Part shown: positions 26,546 through 39,187 of the stretch, in pieces
Layout: the number at the start of each line of letters is the position of its first letter
Position numbering within the stretch: position 1 is the first letter of the stretch
From: Octopus sinensis
Lineage: Eukaryota
NCBI RefSeq assembly: GCF_006345805.1
Contig: NC_043002.1
Span: forward strand, 103,416,001-103,480,000
Reading direction: 5' to 3'
DNA length: 64,000 nt
The notes under the pieces: model-generated
Seen by the model: the letters and a program-made list of their open reading frames with translations, nothing else
The model's database searches: none
Told to the model about the DNA's origin: nothing
Made by a program: the position numbers and the translations under genes

Positions 26546-27644
26546 CACATGCATACATATAAAACATACATACATATACATACATATACATATATACATA
26601 CCTATATCATCGTGTGAGAGGACAACCGAAGCAGAAACATCATTTTTCCTTTTTTGTCTTTTCTACACTTTGGTCAATTTCGCCACCATCTTGTGGTATT
26701 GAGGTTCCTCTGCTCCAGCTGAGCGTTGGAATAAAAATTTTAAAGTAGGACGGTGGCTCTCTACGTGCAGTTCACATCTATTGGCGACCATATAAAACAC
26801 ACGATGTTGCACCTCTTGCAAGCATTCAAACGCAAAACCGTATGAGGAAAGTTCTACATGAAGCGTAGATATTCAGATGTCCCTAATGGCATTCTCATAT
26901 TTGTGACTATGTGAACACACCACTTTTGGAAGCTGTTTCCTTTTTCTTTTTCTATGCACTCACTCATCTCTGATTTTTTTCTTTGTTGTTTTTGGCTAAA
27001 ATACCAAAAACTACTACAATTTTCATTGTTTAAATTTTTATTACATAATTTACTACACAGAGTAATGTGTGATTTAGGCCTTATATGTTCAATGATTTTC
27101 AAAAATTTCTGTGATTTACCTTCACCTTTGAATACCGCAGTTCATTGTAAGTCATGCATGTTTCTAAGTATTGGAGTTTTGCTTATCTATTTTTCTTCAT
27201 GATGTTTAATCTCTAAAAAAACAAACAACCTATTATTTTAGTCATTGTTTCAGTTTCCTATCCCGACATTTTCATTATCTCTATTTTCCGATCATTGTTT
27301 GGATAATAACTGTATTTCATTTCATTCCAATATACATTATATTTATGTTGGGACTGATTCTTTGATTACACACTACTTCCTGTCCTTTGTGTTTTCTATC
27401 GTTCATTAATTACTAAATATATTTGGAAGATTGTTTGGAGATTTTCTCATATCTTGTTTCTTCATTTTGCAGGATATTAGTGCTCTCAATTAATTTGTAC
27501 CTCTTGATAATTGCATTTGTATATTTTTAAAACTGCAATCCCACGCCTACACATCCAGTAAATAGCTTCTATCTTACTGTAAACATTTTCCTTATTTTCT
27601 CCAGCTCTTTATTTATTCTCTCTGTTAATATATACTACAAAATA

Positions 27645-27845
27645 TGGCAGTGAACTGGCAGAAACGTAGCACGCTGAGTGAAATACTTGGCGGTATTTCG
27701 TTTGTCTTTATGTTCTGAGCTCAAATTCCACCGAGGTCGACTTTGCTTTTCATCCTCCTCAGCTCGAAAAATAAAGTACCAGTTGCGTACTGGGTCGATC
27801 TAATCGACTGGCCCCTTCCCTGAAAAATTTCAGAACTTGCGACTA
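27645..27845 (+). mobile_element. SINE family B
   Basis: 'ggcagtgaactggcagaaacgtagcacg...gagctcaaattccaccgaggtcgactttgcttttcatcc'. Confidence 0.8.
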
Positions 27846-27862
27846 GTGTAGAAAACAATATA

Positions 27863-28418
27863 CGAGGGTGAGTCAAAATGTAATGCCATTTTGTTCAGGA
27901 CAGGTATAATTACCAACACAGGAACATGTATCATACATCGAAATGAAGCTGGCCCGCTGTGGATCACATCATTACGTCTCAACATAGTCACCGTTTCTCT
28001 ATGTAGCAAAATCCGCCTTCGAATGAGAGCATGTATCCCTGCCCTGTAAAATTCTGTTGATTGTTCTTTGAGCCACTTCTTCACTACAGTTTTCACTTCC
28101 TCGTCACTGGAATAATTTTTGCCTCTCAAACTCTCTTTCATGGGGGCCGAAAAGATGATAGTCTGAAGGCGCTAAATCTGGTGAGTGTGGAGGTAGTGAA
28201 GAAGTGTCTCAGAGAACAGTCAACAGAATTTTACAGGGCAGGGATACATGCTTTCATTCGAAGGAGGGACATTGCTATTGAGAAAAACGATGACTGTGTT
28301 GAAAGGTAAGGTTGTGATCCACAGAAAACCAATTTCATTTTGATGCATGATACATGTTTCCGTGTTGGTGATTATACCTGTCCTAAACAAAATGGCATTA
28401 CTTTTTGACTCACCCTTA
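27863..28418. mobile_element. Mariner-derived foldback element (both arms are transposase 3' ends)
   Basis: Termini (TA)CGAGGGTGAGTCAAAA...TTTTGACTCACCCT; the minus arm translates MKESLRGKNYSSDEEVKTVVKKWLKEQSTEFYRAGIHAL and the plus arm VKKCLREQSTEFYRAGIHAF, resembling the mariner C-terminus. Confidence 0.85.
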
Positions 28419-29405
28419 AAAATAACGAAGAAAATTAGGAAGGCTGAAGACATTTGGTTGTGCGGTTACTTTAGATTTGGCGCTTATGAAAGTAGTCCAG
28501 TCAGTATGCCAATAAGTTCTGCGGTTCAATGTCTAACTCATTAAACACCTACAAGGTACACCTCGACACTCCCCTGAAAAAAAATTAACTCAGAAGTTTC
28601 GAGTTGTTTTGTCCCGAATCGAGGTAAAGTCACAGGAAAAAAACGTAGCAAGGGTTTTGTCCGGGATGGGAGGTTGTCCGAGGGGATTTCGTCTGGATCC
28701 CATACATTGATTAGGACATTTTTTGTGTGGCTTTTTTTACTTGCTAAAATTATGACTTTATCACAGTGACTTTGAGTATGGTGCCTTCAATTCTTTGAGT
28801 GTACATATGTCTCTTCAAAATACCTCAAGGTTTATGGCCCTTCTTTTCATCCGCTATGATTCTTTTACTTTCCACATTCTTCTTTAGAAAATTGTTCTTG
28901 CTCTTACTGCAATAAATTCAATCTAAATTTTCTCCCAGTGCTTGTCCACATTTAGTGTAGATTTGACCTATTTCATTTCTTGGACGCCTTTCGTACGAAG
29001 CGATTCTCTGTTTTAGTAATGTCTCATTTCAAAGATTCTTTAGTACAGATCGTGTTTTTGTTTACCATATTTCCGTTTTGTCGTTTCGTTAGTGATTGTG
29101 ATGAACATCATGGCATCCTGACTTTTATATTCTACCCATTATTTTTTTAGTACACATTATATCTGTGGGAGTAAAAACTAAAATGAGTATATTAGGAACT
29201 GAGTTTTCTTATACACGTCTTCATTGAACAGGTTTTATATTTTTAGAGTTAGGGTTACTTTCACTTTCAGTTTTATACTTTGTACCAATTGATGTTGCTT
29301 CATGGTAAAATCTTATATGATTTCAAGTCTATATTTCAAGCTTTAGAGTGTGATGTTCATGGGTTCCATCGTTTTAATTTCTCATCCTTAAAGTTCATGT
29401 TCCAC

Positions 29406-29453
<48 letters not shown>

Positions 29454-30521
29454 ATAATATTTTTCTATATATTATATTTTTCCGATTAGTTGGTCACAAT
29501 TCGAGATCTTTATTTCGTTACTTTCAAGCATTTACTTTCATTCTTAAGTCTGTGCTTCAACAATATTCGTAAGTAGTAATAGATTTACTTCATTCTTTTT
29601 TTCCTGTGTGTCTTTGTGCTTCAGTACTTCAGTGATGTTTTATATTCCATTCTTTGATCATATACAAACACACATACAAACACACACCACACACAGGCAC
29701 ACATACATCGAGGCATGCACGCACATACGCCCTCTCACGCATACACACATATGCACACACACACACACACACACACACAAGCACACACACAAGCACACAC
29801 ACGCTGGTACGCATTCAAGCACGGACTCACGCACAGATATATAACTTATAAATAAATTTTGAAGATATATAATTTCCCATTCTTTTTTTCTGATGTCTTC
29901 ATTATACATATGTATATATATTCGCATGGCTTAGTGGTTTCCAAGTCTTTTGATGATAGCTGTCTTATTTCCCATTCACAATTTCGTTTGTTTCTCATTC
30001 ACAGTAGACTGTAACTTTAAAGTAAGGTTGAGAAACAACTATGCATTCTTGTCGTGTCTACTTACAATTTGTCCTTTCTGTTTGCGAGACCAAATCTCTA
30101 TACCAACTGTATTCACTTTTATTGAAGGCCCCTTTCTTTGTTTCGATCTTCCCGATGTCTTTCTTGCACGTCTATTTTTATTTTATTTATATTCGAAGTA
30201 TATCAGAGTTAAAAACAGACCAAATTATACAAAGTTGCGATTTATTGTGTCTGGGAATGGATCGGACTGGTGTTGATATAAAATATGTTCGATGAATTAC
30301 TTAGATACGTAGTTATGGAACAACCACTGTGAAGCATTACTAACGCTCTAAATACATTAAGTGTTAGTATCACACTTCAAATCTTTTCCATCATCCTAAA
30401 CATTTCTTGAACTTTCTCCGGTGCCTCAAGTATATTATTACTCTTCTGTCCTTGTATTTGTTTTCTCCTTTTTCTGTGATAAAACCCACCAACATATACA
30501 TAATATATACATACATATATA

Positions 30522-30579
<58 letters not shown>

Positions 30580-31729
30580 ATATTTACATATATAGAAAAA
30601 TATATGCAAACATATACATACCAATACGAACACTCACACAGAGTTACACCTAGATAGATAAAAATATAGAGAGACAGACAGAGAGATAGATAGATAAATA
30701 GATAGACAGATAAATAAAAGATAGACAGATAGACAGACAGACAGACAGATAGATAGATAGATAGATAGATGCGAAATGTTTCATTTAGATTTCATCAACC
30801 AAATCCAATTTCAATTCTTTGATCGGCCTGAGGGTATATTGGAAGACGTCTTTCCGATGTGCCGCACACTGGAACCGAGACTAGAAAAATTACTTGGAAG
30901 CCAAGTACTTACCACACGGCCACGCCCACACCTATATATGTATATATATGTATATACAGATATTCACACACAGACACACACACTCATATATCTATGGGGT
31001 GGGGTGCGTCAATGTATATATGTATATATATGTATATAGAAAACTTCAAATTTTCAGCTTCTTAGGCTGCAGTAGACTCTAAGAGACCGAAAGTTCGAAA
31101 GCTTTGCCATTCCATTTCTCTTGAAAATAGAATATGGACTCTGCAAAAAATATTGAATAAGTCATCAGTTTAATGTTTAAATTTTCTTTCATTATAACTT
31201 GATATGAAAGGAATCATTATATATGAATGTGTATGTGTGTGTTTGCGCGCGCGTGTGTATGTGAGTGTGTTTGTGTGTGGAGAGAGAAAGAGGGCGAGAT
31301 ATGCATGGAGTGATCTGAATTTCATTTCACGCTTGGTTAGTACGTCCACATCACACTCAATGTTTTCCATCGAGTGTTTGCGGTAAGGCTGCCCGCCATT
31401 TCTTGTCGTGTCATAACCAGGATGAAGTCATTCTACCTTAATAATGCGGCAGAAGCCTAAATTTTATGACCCTCGTCTGCTTTGAAAATATTTGTTTAAT
31501 TTACTGTTAACATGTTTAATGCATGGACCGTACAAAAGCTAATCAGAAATAATTATGCGTTAACGAAGAATTATTATTAACCAATAATTAATATTACATG
31601 TGATTTGGTACAATCTGTGTCTTCGTGAAAATGACCTTCGGTCGCTAGTTATGGCAAGATATTTTCTGATTTCAAACCCTGGTGCTAAAATTATTTCTAG
31701 CTGTGTAACAAGGAGAAAGATTTCGAAGG

Positions 31730-31910
31730 CAGAGGTTAAGTCGGTTATATCCCCTGCCCCCAATAATTGACAAATAAATATTTATCGCCCACCGAAGAAT
31801 GAAAGGCAAAATCGAACTCGGCTGAATTTTCAACGCAGACTGTTGAATCAGAGACATGTCGTTGGAGATTTTGTCAAGTGAACGAATGATTCTACTGTCT
31901 CACCGTCTTA
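31730..31910 (-). mobile_element. Diverged SINE family B
   Basis: 'atcgcccaccgaagaatgaaaggcaaaatcgaactcggctgaattt' is the reverse complement of the family B central domain. Confidence 0.65.
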
Positions 31911-32490
31911 TTTATGCTCGTACAATAAAGTAATACACCTCTGTAATATATGAAAAAATCCTGGAAGGTATTGCCGGAAAAATATCACGAAGCATTCCAT
32001 CCGGCATTCTAAAGATGCAACGTTCATAAACAAACGGAATAAGAGTAGAAGAGAGCAAATATATTATCCTGTTCCACATACGAAATTGTACTTATTCTAA
32101 TAATTAATATTATATATAAATACATACATATATGCATACATACATACATACATACATACATACATACATACATACATACATACATACATAATACATGCAT
32201 ACATATATATATATAGCTCAAATTTACAGAAAACAAAGGATGACGACAGACGGGGGAACAACAACCATTTGTATTAGTTTGATGCTGGGGAAGAATGGAG
32301 ATATATCTATACATATATCTATATTATAACTTGCTGGTCTGTTCAGCCATTATTCTTCGGTAAGTTAGAGAGATGGAGGTGGAGTGAGTAAGAGGTAGAG
32401 AAAAAGTGAATAAAAGAAGGGGGGATGTGAGTAGAGAAGAAAGAAGGGGTTAAGAGTGGGAGAAAAGAGAGAGAGACAAGTTTTAACAAC

Positions 32491-32559
32491 CACGGGCATA
32501 TAGCGTAGTGGTTAACAGCGCCGGCTACCAACCCCAAGATTCCGAGTAGGATTCCAGAC
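32491..32559 (+). mobile_element. tRNA-like segment homologous to the one in the Penelope pLTR at 43664-43735
   Basis: 'tagcgtagtggttaacagcgccggctaccaaccccaagattccgagtaggattccag'; A-box present, B-box damaged. Confidence 0.6.
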
Positions 32560-32814
32560 ATATATATATAGGAAACATATACTGCATGGATCAGATATCC
32601 TCTCACCGAAGCTCTATTTTGATATCATTCGCCATGAGTTTGAGGTGTAATATATTATTTTATGTGTTAGCACTGAGTAAGAAACCGAGTTGTCAGCTTC
32701 AAAACCACGGCAGACCATTCCAATTTACCGATCCATTGTTTGCAGATTAAAATTCTATTGCTGATGACTTTGATATTTTACTATGTAGTATAACAGTGAT
32801 ATATGTAAGAATGA

Positions 32815-33200
32815 GTGGAGGCGCAATGGCCCAGTGGTTAGGGCAGCGGACTCGCGGTCATAGGATCGCGGTTTCGATTCCCAGACCGGGGCGTTGTGAG
32901 TGTTTCTTGAGCGAAAACACCTAAAAGCTCCACGAGGCTCCGGCAGGGGATGGTGGTGATCCCTACTGTACTCTTTCACCACAACTTTCTCTCACTCTTA
33001 CTTCCTGTTTCTGTTGTACCTGTATTTCAAGGGGCCGGTCTTGTCACTCTCTGTGTTAATTTGAATATTCCTGAGAACTACGTTAAGGGTACACGTGTCT
33101 GTGGAGTGCTCAGCCACTTACGCGTTAATTTCACGAGCAGGCTGTTCCGTTGATTCGGATCAACCGGAACCCTCATCGTCGTAACCGACGGAGTGCTTCC
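32815..33200 (+). mobile_element. tRNA-derived SINE, family C (~390 bp, well preserved)
   Basis: A-box 'tggcccagtgg', B-box 'ggtttcgattcc', cloverleaf-like head, then a non-tRNA body ending 'gtaaccgacggagtgcttcc'. Confidence 0.8.
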
Positions 33201-33248
33201 ATGTAAGAATGAAGAATGCCTTATTCACACGTGTGTATATGTGTGTAT

Positions 33249-33296
<48 letters not shown>

Positions 33297-33431
33297 TCAA
33301 GAGTACCCTTCCGTTTACACCTCGCTTGAATTTTTACTACTTCAATATATATGTGTGTGTGTATTAATGTGTGTGTGTGTGTCAGTCTGTCTGTGTGTTT
33401 TGATATATATATATATATATATATATGTGTT

Positions 33432-33500
<69 letters not shown>

Positions 33501-34531
33501 TTATATATATATGTGTGTGTGTGTATATATATATGTATGTGTGTGTGTGTTTGTGCGCGCCCACTTTCGTTTGCACATGTGTGAACGCTTGTATATGCGT
33601 GTGTGTCTGTGTGTCTGTGTGAGTGTTTGTGTTTCTGTGTGTTTGTGTTTCTGTCTGTATGTGTTCTGTTGCCGCTGTTTTTGTTATGGCTAAAAGTCAG
33701 TGTCATATAATCTCTCCCTCTATACGATACATTCATTTGTTAAATATCACGAAAACTAGCTCTGAACTTTATACGCTGAGATGCTTGAAAAGATGAAAGG
33801 AAAAAAAGTGATTTTGTTTTATTTTAATCTTTAAAGTCTGTATCCAAATTTTGACTTTGTACTTGCTGCTACAACGATATTATCTGCATTTACTTAGATA
33901 AACACTTCTATGTAAGCTTTTCTGAAATATTCGGGCTATATCCGCCATTGAAATACAGTGATTGCAGCTTTAAAGACATCCTTGTCCAAGAGAATGAATA
34001 AATATATCCTCTTAGATTTCTCTTGGAAATGTTATCAAGTAGGAGGTCGCTGGCGATCAAATAATATTACCCTCTTAACTTACTCTTTCATCTTTCTCGC
34101 TAGATTCCTATATTTCATATCAAATTATTTGCATCTACTCCGTCAGCTCCTACCACAAGAAACATCTCTACGACAATAAGAACAGCTGCTTCTCAAATTT
34201 CCTAAGAACTTTGGTAACGGGAAACACTTAAAGATATTGCCAAAAATGAAGGGTCGAAAAGAATATAATGGATAGAAAGAAAGAATACACACGTATATAA
34301 TTTTATACACGCACTCATACATCTTTTAGGACAAAAATATATAAATAATATAAAAATATACACTCTTAAGTATATACGAGTATGTGTTCAAAACGACACA
34401 TAAAAATATCTAAAAAATATACATGCTTGCATATATGCGTATATATAACTGTACACCTACACATATATTAAAGCGCTATTTATTTGCATATACATACATA
34501 CATAGATACATACATACATATATATATATAT

Positions 34532-35176
34532 AATTTAGCAATTAAGGACAACTACTTAATAAGGAAAACTTAACAAGAAATTGTCAGGTAGATAGCGTGA
34601 AAACCTCATAAGAGAAAAAATTTCGAAAATAATTATTTCTTATTGAACATATTAATTTATATATAGAGGGCATTATACATACATGCCAGATGGCATTATA
34701 CATACATGCCACACGCTAAGAGGGACAATTAGTCATTTCTACCAAAAATATTACTAATCCCACCGAATGCAATTTTTCAAAGTAAGACATTTAAAAAATA
34801 TAGACCTGTATCACAGTGATTTCATACTTACGTATCATCAGCAGGCCTGGATGTATCATACATAAACGACCCTGCCTCGCTTAAGCCGATCAGCTAACTG
34901 ATCAACATCAACGAAGCACATGGGTGAGTTTACATATATTACATCCTGTAAATGTCAGACTTTTTTCGAATTGCATTTCGGGAAAGGAAAAGTTTTTTCG
35001 GAATAAAAATTTAGCAATTAAGGACAACTACTTAATAAGGAAAACTTAACAAGAAATTGTCAGGTAGATAGCGTGAAAACCTCATAAGAGAAAAAATTTC
35101 GAAAATAATTATTTCTTATTGAACATATTAATTTATATATAGAGGGCATTATACATACATGCCAGATGGCATTATA
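34532..35176 (-). repeat. 476-bp hammerhead-bearing repeat unit, ~1.35 copies (retrozyme/pLTR-like)
   Basis: 'aatttagcaattaaggac' recurs at 34532 and 35008 (period 476); one hammerhead per unit. Confidence 0.85.
34802..34848 (-). ncRNA. Type I hammerhead in left arm, one A missing at the core/stem II junction
   Basis: Minus: AGGCCUG-CUGAUGA-UAC-GUAA-GUAU-GAA-AUCA-CUG-UGAU-A/CAGGUCU; identical to 41008-41055 except for a 1-nt deletion. Confidence 0.75.
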
Positions 35177-35644
35177 TATTTTTTTTCATCTGCGTTTTGA
35201 GAAATTTGCTGCCTTTTGTTGAGAGAGTTCGAATTTTTGCTTATCGTTGTTTGTGTTAATTGTTATTTGAACAGTGCCCGTTGTGTAACGGTAATTTTCG
35301 CCCTACGGGGCAGAAAATTCTGTATTTAAAATTTTTTTTCGGAATAAAAATTTTGTCCCTCTTAGCGTGTGGCATGTATGTATAATGCCATCTTATTTCT
35401 TTATTACGATTATACAATCGTTACATAGAAGTACAAATACAGGACATACATGCAAAACAAACAATTAAGAGGTTCGATTTTAAAATTTTCCATAACATTT
35501 GGATTAAAAAATTCGTCTATAAATTGTCCTTTACGTGACCAATAGAATATTATAACAATTCATAAACTTTCGATCTTACCGAAGTTTTAAACCCCGGCAA
35601 TTTATAAGGCCCCGCAGCTTTTGTTTCCTCTCCTCCCTCCATAG

Positions 35645-38600
35645 TTAAGCTGGGTTTCTGACACCCACCTTTTTTTCCACTTCCTTCCATCTTTTCTCAT
35701 ACACAGCCCGTGGTAAGATCCTCTTTTCCAGCCCCATTTTGCTCTTCAGATGATATCTGAAGTAAGTGAGCAAGCCGGGGCCCGAGACAAAGGATCCTAT
35801 CGCGACTCCTTCCATTCTTGTTCGCCACATGTATTCTTTTACTACTGCAACCGTGCAGTGAAAACATGCCTCACCTTCCTTCGAGAGTCCAGTTGGCGGT
35901 ATCATCTTAATCATAGACTCAGCCGACAGCTGTACTCGTCCCAGATGCGATAACACGTGTTCTGCGTAACTTATCAAGTCTGACAACTTCCGACAGTGTA
36001 CAAAAGCGTGCTGGACGGTTTCATCGTCCAACTCGCACCTTGGACACGTCGGTGGCACTGAAATTCCGTGCCGCGATAACTTCTCGCGAACAGGTAAAGC
36101 ATTCCTATAGCACTGCCAGGCCAGGGATCTTTGGAAATTATCCAAGTACCCCGTCCTGAAAGTCTTTTTAAACAGGTTGGTAAGCTGGTCTTCGTCAAAC
36201 CCCAGAGCCCCTCCTAGGACGTCGTCGTTCTTTGCCTCTACCAGCCTTCTATAAAATACCGAGGTGGTATTTCCGCAGCCGGCCTTGCCCGCCTTGTGGA
36301 TCAGCGTGAGTGCCTGTCGGCACTCCTTTTGCCATAAAGTCAGTTTCCATCTTTTGATGCGACCGGGTTTAAAATTCACTAAGGAGGCCGGTCTCGGGAA
36401 AAATTCCCCTGCCAGCGGACTCCACACCTTATCACCCTCCAGGTGGTGCCAGAGATGCCTCAGCCTCAACGCATGTCTGCGCATCATCAACCAAGGCATT
36501 CCTAACCCACCCTTTAACGGTTCCTGGCAGCAAACGGAGCGCCTCACAAGTGGCTTTCCTCCCTTCCACAAAAAGCGGAAAAGGATTCGCTCCAACTTGC
36601 TAAGCCATGAATCGGGGCAAGGGACAACGGTCAGGCGGTAAGTGATTACAGATGCAATGAACATCTGTACCACCTCCGCCCTTCCTTTCAAGGACAGAAA
36701 CCTTCCGGACCAGGTCCGTACTATGGCCTCCACCTTGCTCGTCACCTCACTCCAGTTCCTCTCCGTTTGGGAGTCTGGCCCAAACCAGACTCCTAGCAAC
36801 TTAACAGGGCCATCCGTCCAGTGTCCCACGACACTGGACGATATCGACTTGCTCCTCCAGGTGCCGAGGCGCAAGCCAACCGACTTGTCCTTGTTAACCT
36901 TTGCTCCTGCCACCGCCTCGTATCCTCTGATAGCCTCTTCCACACAAGGTAGCTGGGCCTCATTGGACACGATGAGGGTGACGTCATCCGCATAAGCAGT
37001 AACCGTCCTCCCACCTCCGATCTCATCCGAGTTGCTTCCCAGCCTCTCCAACTTTCGCAGCAATGGCTCAAGAGCCAACACGTACAAAAGTGGTGACAAG
37101 GGGCACCCTTGACGAACTGAACATTCGATCGAAAACGGTTCCGTTAGGTAACCGTTTATCTGGACGGTGGACTTGATGCCGCTATACATAGCGGAGATCC
37201 ACCCGCGAAATCCAGGGCCCAGTCCAGCCGCTTCGAGGACCGTCGCCAGGTACTCATGGTCTACCCTATCGAACGCTTTACTTTGGTCTAAATGGACCAT
37301 TACCCCGCCCTTGCCGGTTAATTTACCCACCCTGTCTAAGGTGTAGCGTATAAGGTGAAGATTGTCCTGGATCGACCTGCCTGGAATTGCACATGTCTGT
37401 GCTCTCCCTACAAGTTTCTCCACGAAAACCGTCAACCTTTTTGCCAACACCTTGGCCAAAATCTTTAACTCTACATTAAGTAGAGTTATGGGCCTGTAGT
37501 TACTAATGTTATCCCCCTTGCTCGGGTCTTTCTGGATTAGCGTCACCACTCCCCGGCTTACAGAGCTGGGAATTCTCCCATTCTGCTGCCAGTTCGTGTA
37601 GACGCCTGCCAATATTCCCCCGAACAAGTCCGGCATACTTTGGTAAAACTCGTAGGGCAGACCATCCAACCCCGGCGACTTCTCCCCGGCGCATCCGGCC
37701 AGTATCCCCTCTATCTCCGCGGGAGTGATCGCTTCTTCACAGCACTCCACCTCACGCCCCGAGAGCCGCGGCCGCCGGCCAGGAAGTCCTTTAAGGTCCT
37801 CCCCCGCTCCGGCGCCACACCACCCCCGAACACGCGGGCGAAATGCTGGTGAAGAAACTTTTGCATCTCCTCCTGTCCATAGATCTTTTGTCCCTGTTCG
37901 TCAGTTAAAGATTTGATTGAGGCTTTGTTACCTCTCTGACTCTCCACTCGACGGGCCCATCCGGCAACGTTAATACCTTCTCGTTTCCCAGCGCGTAGCT
38001 TAGCTCTGACTCTGCAACCTTCGTGTTTGGAGTTAAGGTGACGGTACAATACCGTCCTTGCCGCCAACACTCCGGATGCAGAGCCAGCTTCCATTGCCTC
38101 GTTTAGATTCTTAACTAAATCGTCCTCTATCCTAGACCTATCTAACCTTAGCTGATTGCTAAATCTAATGGACTCTGAACGAATGGCTCTTTTGAGGGAG
38201 TGCCACCATCTATTGTTAATGATGGTGCCACACAATGCCCTCTGTACTAACACCTTAATCCGGGTACGGAAGTCTTCACAATTCAAAATAGCCTTGTTCA
38301 GCTTCCAGTACCCGGGTCCCTGTCTATGACACTTGTCCAATTGCATCCTACACGTCACAAATTTGTGATCCGTGTAAGGCACAATGTGGAACTGTGGACA
38401 ACTAAACGTATCCTTATCTCTTTTCTTATATAAATATCCTATCTAAATACGATCTGCGTGAGCCGTCGTTGTTACTCCACGTCCACTGTGGAACGCTCGG
38501 CTCATCCAGTCGGTAACGGTCCACTAGATCAAAGCTCTCTAGTAGACCCTTGAGGCTAGGGTTCCCCTTCCTATTGGTTGAGCCAACACTGTCGACCCGC

Positions 38601-39033
38601 GCTTCAAGGACAGTGTTAAAGTCCCCTACTAGGATTACCGTTTTCGACGTCGCTAAAAAGGGCTCCAGGTTCCGAAAAAAACACGTCTGTCTACTCTCGT
38701 TCGGAGCGTAGACAGCTACCAACCTGAAGGACTGTTTACTTACGTGGGTCACATCCAGAACAACCAGCCTGCCTTCTGGGTCCAGAAAGACAGTACTTAC
38801 CTGCAAGTCCAAGCTCTTCCTGATAAGGACTGCCACGCCTCTGCCTCTTCCTCGGCTAGGAGAAATAAATTTCTCGAACCCATTTAGAAGAGGCGAGAAC
38901 GCTGGGCCCCGTTCATCTTGGACTCGGTTGCAATAGCTATGTCTACTCCATGTGTCATGAGGTCGTCCAGGAAGCAAATTTGTTTCCATTCCGACCCCAT
39001 TCCACGTACATTCACACAACCCAGCTTAGCCAT
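35645..39033 (-). CDS. LINE ORF2: AP endonuclease + reverse transcriptase + C-terminal CCHC; split by three single-base frameshifts (~38908, ~38428, ~37770)
   Basis: APE motifs NVRG, ATES, VAVYAP, GDFN, SYLDRIFI, TDHK; RT motifs SPGLDGLPYEFY, YRPITLLN, DQSKAFDRV, QGCPLSP, YADD; CPRCELDDETVQHAFVHC. Confidence 0.95.
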
Positions 39034-39187
39034 TGTCGGTGAGAGAAAAAAAAATGAACTTACGGTTGAGAAAGGGAGCATGACAGTTTAAATCTGCCCG
39101 CTTCCCCTTCTTCCTCCCTTGTGGTCGTAGCTGTAGGGCTCTTAACCGGCGTTGCCACCGGGCTCTGGGTAGGTGTGGTTGCCGGGG

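Noticed and set aside
32815-32900. tRNA gene
   Set aside because: The cloverleaf is imperfect and runs into a ~300-bp body with no Pol III terminator; it is a SINE head. The same applies to 43664-43735 and 32491-32559.
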